Shown here piece by piece: positions 1 through 16,341 of a stretch of DNA of 64,000 bases (its first letter is position 1; every line of letters begins with the position of its first letter). The notes under the pieces are model-generated. The model did no database searches. It saw only the letters and a list, made by a program, of their open reading frames with translations, and was not told where the DNA came from. This DNA comes from Octopus vulgaris (Eukaryota), in the NCBI GenBank assembly GCA_951406725.2, contig OX597830.1:28768001-28832000 (forward strand). The letters run 5' to 3'. Position numbers and translations under genes: made by a program.

Positions 1-379
1 GTGTGGGGGCTTGGGGTCATCATATATTTAACTTAAAACAGTATTTAAATTTATTGTTTATTTTAAAGAGATATTATTAATGAATAACAAACGCTAATGT
101 CCATATGTATAAATAGTTTTTCCATTTCTGTTGTTAGTATTGACCAACTGACGCCCAACACAGACTCGCATGTAAAGTCACACACGCACGGACGCATCAC
201 ACACACACACATGTACACACATATTTATCTATATATGCATATATTTCCACCTTTACTGAATGTCGAGCTAATACATTCCATATATGCGTCCTTGTTGTTT
301 TCTTACCTGTTGTTGTTAGTGATCGAGATATAATGTTCAGCTTTTAATATTTGATTTGGCTTTATATGTACACACACAC

Positions 380-702
380 ACACACATACACACACACACT
401 CAAGCATACACATACACACACATATATATACACATATACATATACACATATATATATGCATATATATATACATATATACATATGTATATATATATGTGTG
501 TGTGTATGTATATATATATATAAACATATACATATACATTTTCATATATATACAAGGTTCAAAAGTATTTCTTTCATGACACGAATTCACATCAAGAAGC
601 TTGCAAACCAAATACGCACAAATGCGCACGCAAGCAAACAGACAGGCATATACATACATACATACATACATACATACATACATACATACATACATACATA
701 CA

Positions 703-731
<29 letters not shown>
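380..731. repeat. Compound (CA)n/(TA)n tract ending in a pure (ATAC)n array (~650-731)
   Basis: Direct reading; explains the overlapping YVCM/HTYI ORFs. Confidence 0.95.
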
Positions 732-733
<2 letters not shown>

Positions 734-1719
734 TTGTTTTGCAAGGTTCCTGATGTGTATGATATCGTGTCTTGAAACATATATTGTTATATCACCCTCT
801 CAGAAAGGCAGAATAAACTAAACAGGACAGTAGAAGACATTTGGAATGGTGAGTCGCTGAAGAGGTCACATGATCTGTGACGAAAGAGTTCAAAGAATGG
901 ACACTAAAATAAGAACATCTATGAAGCTGAAGTGAAGAACAACCATATACTGTTGTTTATTTGTTAAAAAAGACGACTCTCCCGAAATATAACTATATAA
1001 CAATACGTATGTGTGCATGTATGAAGATATGCGTGTGTGTCCATCCCAAAATATTTGCATATACCCAAGATAATATCTGCCCCTATGGACATATACAGCT
1101 TTCTCCATGTGCTGTCATAAGCGTTGCTGCCAGAACTCTAAGATACGAGATTTATGCTGTAAATCATTTCGCCAGACCTTCTAACAATTCCGTCAAATTA
1201 TCGTCCTGGATCGTTACACTTTTATTAACTACCGAAACGATGAAATACTAAGATGACCAAAGGTGTATTTAGATTCTGACTGTAGAGCGTCGGAGCAAAT
1301 ACTGCCTAGCAATCTCTTCAATACAATAAAGATTCTCTCAGTTCCTCATTTTTATACGGATATATTCTATTTCTTTTAATATTCTCATACTAATGCTCAT
1401 TACTTACATGTAGTTAATTATCTTGCTTTTTTTTCTTCTCATATTTAAACGTAATAGCTTAGAATTGTTTCTCCGGAGAAAAGCGCTAACTTCATATTTT
1501 CCTCTCTTTGCAAATTTAAAATTCATGTATATTCTCACATTATTATTTCTCACATTACTGTTTCTCAGATATTAGTATCTGATTCGTAACACACACACAA
1601 ACACACATACACACACACACACACACACACATGCATGTTTGTGTGTCGTTGTGTGTTCGTGTGCGCACGAGTAGATGTGTTTTTTGTGTGCGTACGCGTA
1701 TGGTTAAAAGTTTGTTTTG

Positions 1720-1990
1720 TAACCGTTTGGTTTCAACTTCAGTCACACGACATGGCACCTTTGGCAAGAGTCTTCTGCTATAGCCTCCGACCAATCAATG
1801 CCTTGGAAATGAGTTTAGGGGACGGTAGCTGCGTGGAAGTGTTTATGCGTGTTTGGATATGTACGTGTGTACGCGCACATATGTGTTTTTGTCTGCCCCT
1901 TATTATCTGAAACTCGATGTTGACTTCGTCCTCATGATGTTAGCTTGCTTTTCGTCCTATGCGTTTTAGCATAGAATAAGTACGAGATTT
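1720..1990 (+). mobile_element. Degenerate family A SINE
   Basis: ATGGCACCTTTGGCAAGAGTCTTCTGCTATAGCCTC and ATAGAATAAGTAC match the better copies at 3791 and 35762. Confidence 0.7.
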
Positions 1991-2292
1991 CAAAACTAAT
2001 CAAAATTTAAAATAAAAATATATAAATGTATAAAAAATAAGTTATATCGCCCATCTCTCCAAGTAGACCCCATATTCCTATGATTAAAGCAAGTACAAGA
2101 GAAAACAAATGTTTATTTAGATATTACCTTGCATAATTTCCGTCACACTATAATTTATATGCCCTAGTTTACTTTCATGTTAGAGCATGGCATTTTCTCT
2201 ACATTTATATGAGATTAGATTTATATATACCTTGAGATTGCCATGAGCACGATTCTGTGTTTGTCAAATTTTAAAGATCTTTCGCATTGTCC

Positions 2293-2590
2293 CTCTTTTA
2301 CTCTCTTTTACTTGTTTCAGTCATTTTACTGCGGCCATGCTGGAGCACCGCCTTTATTCGAGCAAATCGACCCCAGGACTTATTCTTTGTAAGCCTAGTA
2401 CTTATTCTATCGGTCTCTTTTTGCCGAACCGCTAAGTTACGGAGACGTAAACACACCTGCATCGGTTGTCAAGCGATGTTGGGGGACAACCAGACACACA
2501 AACACACACAAGCACACACACATACACACACTCACATACACAAACACACACTCACACACACACATGCGCATACACACATACAGACACACA

Positions 2591-2636
<46 letters not shown>

Positions 2637-2802
2637 CGACGGGCTTCTTGTCAGTTTCCGTCAACCATATCTACACACGAAGCTTTAGTCTGCCCGAGGC
2701 TATAGTAGAAGACGCTTGCTCAAAGTGCCACGCAGTAGGACTGAACCCGGCACCATGTGGTTGGTAACTAAGCTACTTACCACACAGTCTCTCCTGTCCC
2801 TA
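2293..2802 (-). mobile_element. Family A SINE (tRNA head, CORE-like segment, internal microsatellite), near full length
   Basis: Reverse complement aligns end to end with 35762-36163; internal (CA)n/(TA)n expanded to about 150 bp. Confidence 0.92.
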
Positions 2803-2864
2803 TATATATAATTCTATTTGATTTTGAAAGCTTCGCTTACGTCTAAATTTACGTACACATACGT

Positions 2865-3248
2865 TAACTTCTTTACTTTCAGCTGATAACGGAAAAGGAA
2901 ACGAAGTAACGACGGACAAAAAAAATGAGATTCAAAGATGTCTTGAGAGTCAACTTCGAAAAAATGAGAAATATACACTGTGAAGTAGAAGACAAATGCT
3001 CAGGATAGAGAACGCTGGTTATCCACCATCAAACAGAGAATAATTACTCTTGAGATCAGTAAAAATGGACAAGCATGAAGTAAAGAGCAGGCGAAGAGAA
3101 GACAGGCCAAGAAAAGACCTTCCATCCGGAAACCATTTGTCCCAGTTGTGGAAGGAGCTTCAGTTACCTCAGGATACCTCAATAATTTAAGATGAAAAAA
3201 AAAGAATGGACCATCATCCGTCTTGAAGTGAAAGCCACGACGACGATA
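2865..3248 (+). mobile_element. RTE-clade LINE 3' end, decayed ORF2 C-terminus
   Basis: Frameshifted translation LLYFQL..KRSNDGQKK/RFKDVLRVNF..AQDRERWLSTIK..ICPSCGRSF fits the RTE motif LLYGEL-GKR-GGQKKRFKD-LK..A-DR--WR..CP-CGR; ends in a short (ACG)3 tail at 3237-3245. Confidence 0.8.
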
Positions 3249-3790
3249 CACACACGCACGTGCACACCACATACAATTCCTGTTATATATATAGTGTGCA
3301 ATTTTGAATTTGTGCATTTGTTTCGGAGATTTTATGATGCATGTTTCTAGTAGAACCTTAAAATCATTGCTCAACTAATATAAATTTGTATACCGTGCGT
3401 GTGTGTGCGCGCGGGGGGGGGGGAAATAATGAGGGAGAGAGAGAGAGTGTGTGTGTGTGTGTCCATGTGGCTGTGTGAGTAATACTGGATTTTATTAATT
3501 CTCGCTGTTTTATTCAGTCCTTGAAAAATATACGTATTCGTTTATAAGTTTCAGTTATGTAGATGCGACCCGACCACGCTGAAGTATCACCATAAATTCG
3601 TATCCTTCAAACAGTCTCCATTTGGTAGTTGGTTTTCCCCTGAATTGTGGGTGTTTATATTATCCTATTTCTTTTTCTCTAGAACGAAATATCGCTAACT
3701 CCGTATGTTCTCCAATTTAGTGAAATCATTTTATCTACAATCTAATTTTGATGGTGAGATAACCTCTACCGGTTCAAGTTATAAAATATA

Positions 3791-4160
3791 TGACTGTGCG
3801 GTAAGTAGCTTGCTTACCAACCACATGGTTCCGGGTTCAGTCCCACTGCGTGACAACTTGGGCAAGTGACTTCTACTATAGCCTCGGGCCGACCAAAGCC
3901 TTGTGAGTGGATTTGGTAGACGGAAACTGAAAGAATCCCGTCGTATATATGTATATAATATATATGTGTGTGTGTGTTTGTGTCTGTGTTTGTCCCCCCA
4001 ACATCGCTTGACGACCGATGCTGGTGTATTTATGTCCCCATAACTTAGCGGTTCGGCAAAAGTGACCGATAGAATAAGTCCTGGGGTGGATTTGCGCGAC
4101 TAAAGATGGTGCTCCAGTATGGCCGCAGTCAAATGACTGAAACAAGTAAAAGAAAAAGAA
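3791..4160 (+). mobile_element. Family A SINE
   Basis: B-box-like GGTTCAGTCCC, CORE-like CTTGGGCAAGTG, 3' end GACTGAAACAAGTAAAAG; 22-bp internal deletion near 4079. Confidence 0.92.
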
Positions 4161-4710
4161 AATAAATGAATTTATTTATTCAATACCATGCAGCACTTTT
4201 TTCTCACAAGCTAGTCTGGGAGCTTTCTTGTTTCTGTTAAATATTACCATACAGAAATTTTTATCCCCCGTAGACTATAAAACAGGCTAACGATATATGT
4301 CCCTAAACCTCAACCTGTGAATACCATGCTCTATAATTCTCAAGAGATTGCAGCCTGAAAATTTGAGTTTGATTGAACGATTAATTTTACATATTTTCTG
4401 CTGGTTCTCTTTTATCCTTGAAGAAACTACATTAAGGTGTTTAGTCGAATAAATCGACAGCATTACTTATTTTTCAGATCTGGCACCGATTCTATTGATC
4501 TTCCTGCCGAGCCGCTAGGTTACGAGTTTCTAAAGAATCTAATACAGATTGTCAAACGTAAACATGCAGCAACAATCATATACATAAATACATACATATG
4601 AATAATATATATGTATGTATATACATATATATTTACATACACACATACATACATACATACATACATACATACATACATACATACATACATACATAAATAC
4701 ATACACACAC

Positions 4711-4745
<35 letters not shown>

Positions 4746-5070
4746 TGTATATATTTATGTATATGTTTATATAAAAATTTAAAGAAAACAGAAATAATGG
4801 TGATACCAAAGAACATTGGGAACAGAAACAGCTGTTAGATGGGATGCAGCCATTTTGTAAATAACTGATAAATAATAATTAATGCAAATCAATTGTCTTT
4901 CTTCAATATTATCTGCATTTGCTGTTTTCTTTAAATTTAGATTCCTGATAAATTGCTATTTATCTTTGTCATTACCTATAACTTTATGAGTATAACATGT
5001 TTGCCCATGTTTAAATATAGGTAATATTCCGACAGTATGATGATTATTTTAACTTCTAACTCAACTAACC

Positions 5071-5146
<76 letters not shown>

Positions 5147-5311
5147 GTAATGGTGTATTAAAGTATGGATTGAGTATCATCGGATAGTTGATGCTTTATA
5201 TATATATTCTCTAATTTTGTATATTAATTTATAATATATATATTAATACAATATGAACTGATTGCTTGACAATTTCTATCTATATCTCATTATATATATA
5301 TATATATATAT

Positions 5312-5450
5312 CCTTGTTTCTTTCTGTGTTCCGTTCTGTAGCTCGAAACGTTAAAGACTTTTTCACTTACCGAGCGTTATACTAATACATCTGTTTGTTG
5401 TCTACAGCACATATCTTCGTCTTTTGTTTTTTTGTTGAATTCTCCCCATA
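5312..5450 (+). mobile_element. Penelope-like element terminal relic
   Basis: GCTCGAAACGTT (3' half of a PLE-type hammerhead) followed by a T-rich tail TCTTCGTCTTTTGTTTTT that recurs at 21003-21020; abuts (TA)n. Confidence 0.5.
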
Positions 5451-5568
5451 TATTACACGCTCACGTGGTCGCACCAGTTGATTCTGTCTCCTCTCATGAC
5501 CCAGGAATTTCTACTGGACTTTCTATACTTCAGCTGCACCTCTCCTGCCTATGGATTACACTGGACTC

Positions 5569-5615
<47 letters not shown>

Positions 5616-5624
5616 AATGTATGT

Positions 5625-6010
5625 ATAAGTCAGGTTTCCGTACAGTTGCCGTCTACTGAATTTCTTTTTCTACTCTAGGCACAAAGCTCGAAATTTTTGG
5701 GGAGGGAGACCAATGGATTAGATTGACCCCAGTGTATGACTGGTACTTAATTTATCGACCCCGAAAGGATAAAAGGCTACGTCGATCTCGGCGTGATTTG
5801 AACTCAGAACATAAAGACAGACGAAATACCGCTAAGAATTTCGACCGGTGTGCTAACGCTTCTGCCAGCTAGCCGCCTACTGAATTAACTCAAATGCATT
5901 TGGTTGGGCATTTGTATCTATAATACATAACATTTGCCCGAGGTGCCGTGCTGTGGAATTGAACCAGAAATCAGGAGGCTGAAAGGCGAGTTTCTTAACC
6001 ACAAACCACA
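5625..6010 (-). mobile_element. Old family A SINE split by a family B insertion
   Basis: CAGTTGCCGTCTAC on the left continues as ...TTGCCCGAGGTGCCGTGCTGTGGAATTGAACC on the right of the insert. Confidence 0.7.
5663..5876 (-). mobile_element. Family B SINE monomer with 10-bp target-site duplication
   Basis: Matches reverse complement of the 29471-30092 units; CTACTGAATT at 5653-5662 and 5877-5886. Confidence 0.9.
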
Positions 6011-6379
6011 CACCGACATTTTAATGAATTCAAATTGATCCCAAAATTTGTTTATTCCATCAAAACACCATTTCTTTTAAAACAGAAATCATTCGCCCCT
6101 TTTAATACAATTCCATATTGTAATATGCATTCCTCACAATATAAGGATAGAAAATTTACACCCCTTTTCCAACCAATTATATTCGTTGCTTCCATTTCAA
6201 ACATGAAATCGATAACTATTCATTGTAAATTCCAGATATATTGTCTATAACCAGTTCCTACTAATGGGGCTTCGTTTGTTTTTAACTCCACCCATATTTC
6301 AAATTCAAATGTTCACCTTCCATTACGTTTCTGTCTTTACATTTGCTTACAATATCTCTCCCCTCCTTCATTTCTGTTC

Positions 6380-6575
6380 ATACATCTACCCATCCATCCA
6401 ACCATCCATCCATCCATCCATCTATCCATCCATCCATCCATCCATCCAACCATCCATCCATTCATCCATCCATCCAAATAGCCTTCCTTCCTTCCTTCCT
6501 TCTATCTGTCTGTCTGCCTGCCTGTCTATCTATCTATTAATCTATCTATCTATCTATCTATAAAAATGCAGGCCT

Positions 6576-6631
<56 letters not shown>

Positions 6632-6804
6632 CATATATATATATATGCATGTATATATATATAAATATATGTTTGTATATATCTATGTATGTATATGTAT
6701 ATATGGATTTATATAGATACACACACATATATATATATATATATAAAAATATACGTATGCATATATATATATGTGTATGTATATATATATGCATGTATGT
6801 ATAT

Positions 6805-6836
<32 letters not shown>

Positions 6837-6928
6837 CTATATATGTATATATTTATATATAATACATATATAAATATATGTATATATATGTATGTATATG
6901 TGTATGTATATATATATATGCATGTATG

Positions 6929-6961
<33 letters not shown>

Positions 6962-6976
6962 GTATGTTTGTATATG

Positions 6977-7041
<65 letters not shown>

Positions 7042-7049
7042 CGTACATA

Positions 7050-7106
<57 letters not shown>
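6380..7106. repeat. (CATC)n, (TCTA)n and long degenerate (TA)n tract
   Basis: Direct reading. Confidence 0.95.
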
Positions 7107-7109
<3 letters not shown>

Positions 7110-7486
7110 AGGTGCTCCAGTATCGGTACAGCCTTCGGGCTGAACATGTATACGTAGGTTGTATTTCTTTAAATTATGAAGAAGCTATTTTTGTTGTTTT
7201 AGAAAATAAAACATTGAAACAGAATGTGTATAATTAAGAACAACACACAGGGTCACACACACACACTCAAACACACACACAAACACGCACACACGTGTAC
7301 ACACACACACACACACACGCACGCACACAAAGGAAGACACATGTACACACACATGTGTCCTTTACTGTTTTTAGCAATAACTCCCTTGTTCTGGCTGTGA
7401 TCATAACTGTGAATGGCAAGCTGTAATATGTGTGTGTGTGTGTGCGCATGTGCGTGCTAGTGTCTATATGTGGGCGGGGGTATATG

Positions 7487-7542
<56 letters not shown>

Positions 7543-7668
7543 TATTTGTGTAGGAATATAGTTATATGTATCCATACCCATACTACCACGCCAATTTTCT
7601 ATCTACCTACCTACTTACCTACCAATCAATCTACCTCTCTATCAATCGATCAATCTGCCAATCTACCG

Positions 7669-7744
<76 letters not shown>

Positions 7745-7745
7745 G

Positions 7746-7842
<97 letters not shown>

Positions 7843-8152
7843 ATATATCTATCTATCTATCTATATATATATATATATATATACATATATATACCGGTTT
7901 TCTCTGACTGCCTGCTCATTTATCGGCCCATCTATTGTCACTTTGCATATTGGTATACACGTCGGCATGTAGAAATATATATATGCATACACGTAAAGTT
8001 GTGATGAGCATATGCTTTCCTGCTTCTCTCCCTACTTTACCTCAAGCCAAACTCTTTTTTTTGTATCCCCATCCTTTGGTTAATTCTGCAGTCTGTGCTC
8101 AGTGCATCTTCTTCCTTCCCTCTGCTTTTATATGTACACGTGTGTATGTGTG

Positions 8153-8185
<33 letters not shown>

Positions 8186-8204
8186 GTGTGTGTGTGTAGG
8201 CAAG

Positions 8205-8253
<49 letters not shown>

Positions 8254-8307
8254 ATCAAAGTTTGCAACTGTATATATCTGTATTGTATATGTATGTATGT
8301 GTGTGTG

Positions 8308-8370
<63 letters not shown>

Positions 8371-8525
8371 GCATGTATATAACACAGACACACAAACCCT
8401 ATATACATATATATATATATGAATATATATACACTCATATATATATATATATACATATATATAGATGTATAAATATATACACACACATATATATTCATAT
8501 AAATAAGTATATATATGTATGTATA

Positions 8526-8574
<49 letters not shown>

Positions 8575-9049
8575 ATATATTTATACATCTATATATATGT
8601 ATATATATATGAGTGTATATATATATATATGTATATATTTATTTTTATACATTCATATGTATGTATACGTACTTACACATGCATCAGTACATACGTATGA
8701 GGACGGAACAAGATTACACCGTTACGGTTAAGTGCATAGACATTCGCTGGTGATACGTTCGCATACACACGCATTAACATATGTACACGCATTTAAAATA
8801 AAGAGGTCAGGCGAGTTACCAAAACCGCATTCATTCTTACACCGTACACATACGCACCTAAGCGTCTTCCGCCATACACACACATGCGTACATGCGTACG
8901 CAACAGCGCACGGAGACGCCAAGGAATAGATGTACAGAGAGATACACGCAAGAAGTTCGCTGATTCTTAACCTATATTTACTAAAACGCCCTCACACACT
9001 CCCAGGAGCATCGTATACTTGCACGCGTACATGCTCCTGTGCGTGATGA

Positions 9050-9097
<48 letters not shown>

Positions 9098-9214
9098 TAT
9101 TTCGACGCGAATAGTATGCGGAGGGGTTATGCCCTATTTGTACACACACACACGCACACACCCTCACCCAGCAGCCCTTATACCCGTACACATATGTGTA
9201 TATATAGATATATT

Positions 9215-9256
<42 letters not shown>

Positions 9257-9340
9257 TGCATAAAAACATATGTATATATATATATGTAAATATATATATA
9301 ATTATATATATACATACATATATATGCATATATATGTATT

Positions 9341-9413
<73 letters not shown>

Positions 9414-10021
9414 CAAAGAAACACGCAATAATTATTATTTATGCCTTGTCTTCATATATATATATATATATGTATGTATGTATTATGTATACGTATATAT
9501 ATACATATATATAAAGATATGAAATGCACGTATATTTATTTTTATTTATATACATGTGGTGACATATATATGCGTGTGTGTGTGCGAGTGTGTGTTGATA
9601 TATATATATATATTTATATATATATATATATACACGTATGCATATATACACACATTTGTAAGAGTGTGCGTATATATCCTTAGGCATACGTGTGTATACA
9701 CAAGCGCACACACGCACACATATGCACACACACTCACATACACACACACACATATAGAAACGCATACCCACAACACACATACACATGCGGCGCACACGTT
9801 GTCGTTGACTTATTCAAATTTGTGACAAACTTACAATATTCATACAACATACTCATATACACACTGACACACACTTAAATTCACATACACACACTTATAA
9901 ACACACACGGGCATACACCTTCACACCTTCAATGATTCCATCTCTTACTTTCTAACACACACATATACACCTAAACGCACACACACAAAAACTTACCTCG
10001 AAATACAAACACACACCTACA

Positions 10022-10078
<57 letters not shown>

Positions 10079-10540
10079 ACTCTCTTACTCTCCTCCACCT
10101 CTTTCTCTGGTCTCTCACTCTTTCTTTCTCCTCTTTGTCTGTCTGTCTGCCTGCCTCTTTTCCTCTCTGTAACACAGACGACTGACACATACACACGCGT
10201 ACATACACACACATATAGTCACACACGCTGTCTATACACACACACACACACACACACAAATACATATACATGCAAAAAATCAAATGTCTACACACGCCGT
10301 CACTCATATACACAAGCACATACACGTGACCACACGCACATACACACACACACACACACACAGAGCAATCAAGGGCATACATACAATGATGTATACATAT
10401 ATAACTTTATACCTCTGTAAAATACCAACACATATGCACATATATAAAGAGAAACCTACTTTTCACACACACATAAATACACACAACCATTCGTATACAT
10501 ACATACAGACGCTCGCGCGCACACGCTTACACAAAAACGC

Positions 10541-10585
<45 letters not shown>

Positions 10586-11283
10586 TACCTTCTATCTCTT
10601 CCTGTGTCTATCACACACACACACACACACACACATATAGATATACACATACAAAGATATGTGTACTTTACTATACGCTTATACATACCCAGGCGAACAC
10701 ACGCACTCACACATACGCTTCATCTATCACACTTTCTACAACACACATACATGCAAAGTTACTTACAACCAAACACATACAAGCGCTGCCATACACACAC
10801 ACACACACGAACATACACGTAAACACACACACATATCAGAAACACACACACACACACACACACACACAAAGCAAACACGCGCACTCACACGTGCACGTAC
10901 GCATTCACATACCGCTCGTGTCTCATTGTTTCTGTAGGACACAAACGTATACACCTAACACCTTACATACACACACACACACAGACACACACTCACATTA
11001 GCGAACGTGCGCACATGCAGACGGACCCATAGACACGCACGCAGAAACACACGTGCATACACACAGATGCGCGCGCATAGATACACATTAACGTGTTCTA
11101 TGTCGCCTCCGACACATCCATCGCAACTTTTACCAATCCATTTATTTGTCATAGACAGTTTCTTTTGTCACAGTTCATTGAGTCCAAAGCAATATTCTTC
11201 TTGTTCGGTCTTACGCAGATTCTTCCATTTCAAGAATTAAGTCCGACTGCCTGCTGCTATGTATATATACATATATATGTAAA

Positions 11284-11348
<65 letters not shown>

Positions 11349-11502
11349 ATATATATATGTATGTATGTATGTATATTGTTCCATACTTCCAACCAAACCC
11401 AAACCCAGTCCATTTACACGAATTTTCTCAGTTTCTCTCTTTTACATGCACGCACACACACTCAGATAAGACACACACACACACACACGCATATAATCAC
11501 AA

Positions 11503-11547
<45 letters not shown>

Positions 11548-12118
11548 AATACATGCATACATATATATATACATAAATACATACATACATATACATATAT
11601 ATATATATATATATGAATGTATATATATACATATATATATAGGTATATATGAATGTATATATGTATATATATAAATATATATATATATGTATATATATGT
11701 ATATATATATATATGTATTTATATGTGTGTGTATTTATGTATATTTGTATATTTGTATACATGAACATATGCTTAAATATATAGATATATATGTATACGT
11801 ACATAAAAACACAGAACTATGTAGTATATTTATATTCGTATTAATATTTAGTAATATTTAGCAAAATCAACAGGATGACCCAGTCTAAGAGAGTTTCGTG
11901 CATAGCACTTGTCATGCATACAGAAATATACATATACTCGAATTTTGAGTCCTATTTTGCTTGTATGCATCACCATACGTCTGCCTGGATATATAAATGT
12001 GTGTGTGTGTGTGTGTACGGTTGATTTGACTGGAGTTGATCTGGTTTCAGCTCATGAGCTCGGGCCATGCTGGGGCACCGCCATTTGGTGTTGCTACGTA
12101 ATTTTACTTCACTAATTC

Positions 12119-12155
<37 letters not shown>

Positions 12156-12180
12156 CGTATCTACCTATCCATATATCTAT

Positions 12181-12229
<49 letters not shown>

Positions 12230-12325
12230 GAGAGAGAGAAATAGAGACACATAGATAGATAGATAGGACATAGATATATGAGCATATGTATATATATATA
12301 TAAATATATATCAGTATAGATATAC

Positions 12326-12403
<78 letters not shown>

Positions 12404-12840
12404 TTTTGTTTTTCTATGTTTTCCCTACTTCAATACCACGTTGCTCTCAATCGTATTCGTCGTGCACGTTGTTATTGACGATGGCATTCATGGTTCTGCC
12501 CTTGTTCCTTGTTGGTGCTATTATATATTAATATTTCTGTTCTTGCGCATCGTCATCATCATCATCATCATCATCATCATCACCATCAGCAGCATCATCA
12601 CCATCAGCAGCATCATCATCATCATCGCTAGCATGGTGAACATCAACATCATCATCAATGTCAGGAACAGCACCACTGCCATCATTGACACTACCAATAT
12701 TGTGATCACTTTTTAGACCACCATCACGAGCTTCATCAACTCCACCGAAACCACACTTTCCGCATCATTATCACTATTGTTGCTGTTCTTCATATTTTGT
12801 CCATATTCGTCCAATTCTTTTACTGGTACTACTACTATTA

Positions 12841-12901
<61 letters not shown>

Positions 12902-12957
12902 CGTGCATATATGTACACATAAATACATGTTTATGAATTTATGTTGCATATATATAT

Positions 12958-13021
<64 letters not shown>

Positions 13022-13059
13022 GGGAAAAAGAGAGAGAGCGCGAGAGGGAGAGAGATATT

Positions 13060-13212
13060 TAATTTTAAAAATGGTGAAAGAGACTGCAGGAAAATTAAAC
13101 AAATGCAATGTGAGACCGTAGCACATGCATAATATTAATAAGGCGCTCGGAGAATGAAAAGTGTAGTTGTTTCACGTTTCGAGTATAGCTCTTCTTCGAG
13201 AGCAGGAGAAAC
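13060..13212 (-). mobile_element. Penelope-like terminal relic with decayed hammerhead-like core
   Basis: Minus strand TCGAAGA-A-GAG-CTATA-CTC-GAAACGTG followed by a T-rich tail; close to a (TA)n tract. Confidence 0.45.
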
Positions 13213-13215
13213 ATG

Positions 13216-13335
13216 GATAGAATAGGTACTAGGCTTACAAAGAATAAGTCCTGGTGTCGATTTTCTCGACTAAAGGCTGTGTTCCAGCATGACCGCATAC
13301 AAATGACGGAAACATGTAAACAAGTAACAGAATAT
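13216..13335 (+). mobile_element. Family A SINE 3' fragment
   Basis: GATAGAATAGGTACTAGGCTTACAAAGAATAAGTCCTGG...CCAGCATGACCGCA. Confidence 0.88.
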
Positions 13336-13504
13336 AACAATAAAATATCGTGTATATATATATATATATATATAATTATATATACACATATATTTATATA
13401 TATATGTGAATGTATATATATGCATATATACACACATATATATATATATATATGCATATATGTATATGTATATATATACATAGATACAAATATATATAAT
13501 ACTT

Positions 13505-13580
<76 letters not shown>

Positions 13581-14047
13581 GCGCGAGCACGCATCTGTAT
13601 AAAGAAAGAGAGAGAAAGAAAGAGATAGATACAGACATACGTAAATACACACATATATTCATAGATATTCAAATATACAAGCTGGATATGCGTATCAATG
13701 TTGTACCTGTGTCAATGAATAAATGCGTAGTTGTGTCTATGGATATATGGATACCTTCAGCTGTATATATTTTTTTACCTAAACTACCATTATTCACTAT
13801 CTTGTTCCAGGACTGGCATCAAACTTCTCATCAACCTCGCTTCTGTCTGAGAGTTACAATGCACGTATATTGGAGTATATAAATAATTATATATACATAT
13901 ATATATAAAGAAACCAAATAAGCACACGTATCTCCGTGTGTATGTATATATATATATATAAATATATATGCATATATATATGTATATATATATATACGTA
14001 TATAGTATATATATATACATATACATCCATTTGTATATATATATATG

Positions 14048-14127
<80 letters not shown>

Positions 14128-14491
14128 CGTGTGTGTGTATATATATGTATGCATGTATTATGTATATACGTGTATATGTGTCTGATTGTGTGCGTGTGTG
14201 AATGTGTGTGTAAGTGTGTATGTATGGAAAAAATATGCATTATATTTATGAAGACTCACGCACACATATATTTCTATAAAAACTTGCTCCTACATATATA
14301 CTGTGCCACATATACAGAGATATGTGTGTGTCTGTGTGACTATATATACATATATACTTATTGACATTTATATATATATACATATATAAATCTCTCTCTA
14401 TATATGCATATACACACTTATTTGTTAATTTGTGTGTATGCGCGTGTGTTTGTGTGTGTTTGTTTTTGTGTGTGTGTATGTGTGTGTGTGT

Positions 14492-14556
<65 letters not shown>

Positions 14557-14985
14557 TGTGTTTGTGTATTTGCCTTTCTGCATGTACGCATGCATATATT
14601 GCCTGTCTACACACAATGTATTCCTCTAAGAATTACCCGTTCGTCTCATTGATAACCTATATCGCCGGGGTTATATTTACAATCCTTTATATCTCTCCCA
14701 GACTACGACGTCGATATGCGACACTATACCGTTTTACGCCGACTTCATATACACTCGCGCAGGACCGACAAGCACACACATGCAAATCTGCAGGCGCACG
14801 CACGCACCTCCCGCCCCCCATACACACACACACTCACACGCACACACACACACTCACACACACATACACACACACACGCACGCACACATTCCTTCGACAA
14901 ATCAAACTGCCACATTTTTACTATCTAACACACGCACATATATATATAAATATATATGTGTGTATGTGTGCGTATAATTGTATGA

Positions 14986-15104
<119 letters not shown>

Positions 15105-15273
15105 CACACACATGTATATATATATATATATATATATGTCACATACTAAATATCTTAAAAAAAGAAATTCAGTACAACGACATGCTCTGTATGTTCCGCT
15201 TTTAGTTTCTCGGTATCACATAAAATAGCGGTTGGTCCTTGTTCGTGCTGCGATGACTGCAAACGTATGCATG

Positions 15274-15386
<113 letters not shown>

Positions 15387-15419
15387 GCATGTGTATATAC
15401 ATATATATATATATGTATG

Positions 15420-15486
<67 letters not shown>

Positions 15487-15894
15487 GAGTGTGTATATGC
15501 ACCTGTCTATCTACAGCTAGGCACACACACATATAGACACATACACACACCCGCGCGCACTAACGCGCACATGCACACACGTGTATTGGTACACCCTAAT
15601 ATTTGTAGATACGTTTATGCGTGTCTGCAGAAATCTCTTCATAGCCGTTCCAGTATCTGTGGGTGGCATAGTAAGCTGCCGTCGCATTTGGGACCTTCGT
15701 TTTCTCACCGCTAGATTAAACGGCCCAGAATTACAGCGTGAAGTGAAAACGCAAAACACACAGACATGCACACACACATGCACACACACATACACACATA
15801 AACACGCGCACACATACACACACATAAAAACGCGCACACATACACACACACAAACACGTAGGCACGCACAAATAGAGACACACAAACAAACATT

Positions 15895-15963
<69 letters not shown>

Positions 15964-16310
15964 CAGAGAGTGAGTTAGAGAAAGAGAGAGAGTGTGTGTG
16001 TGTGAGAAAGAGAGAGAGAAATATGGAAATATAGCTGATAAATAGATAGATAGAAAGATAGGTAAATTTATATATATATATAAATAGGAAGATAGATAGA
16101 TAGGTAGATAATTATATATTTTATGGAGAGGTGTGTGTTTGCGTTCAACTGTAGAAAGAAGGATACACACACACATCTCTCTGTCAATCTTTCTCAAACT
16201 CTCAGACTCTTTCTCCTCTCTCTCCTCTCTCTCCCTCTCTCTCTCTGCATGATATATATGAATACATATATCTATGTGTATTATATATGTATATACATAC
16301 ACACACACAC

Positions 16311-16341
<31 letters not shown>

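Noticed and set aside
15631-15670. 40-nt CAG|...|GTAAGC mini-exon
   Set aside because: Weak pyrimidine tract, not a multiple of 3, no recognisable peptide.
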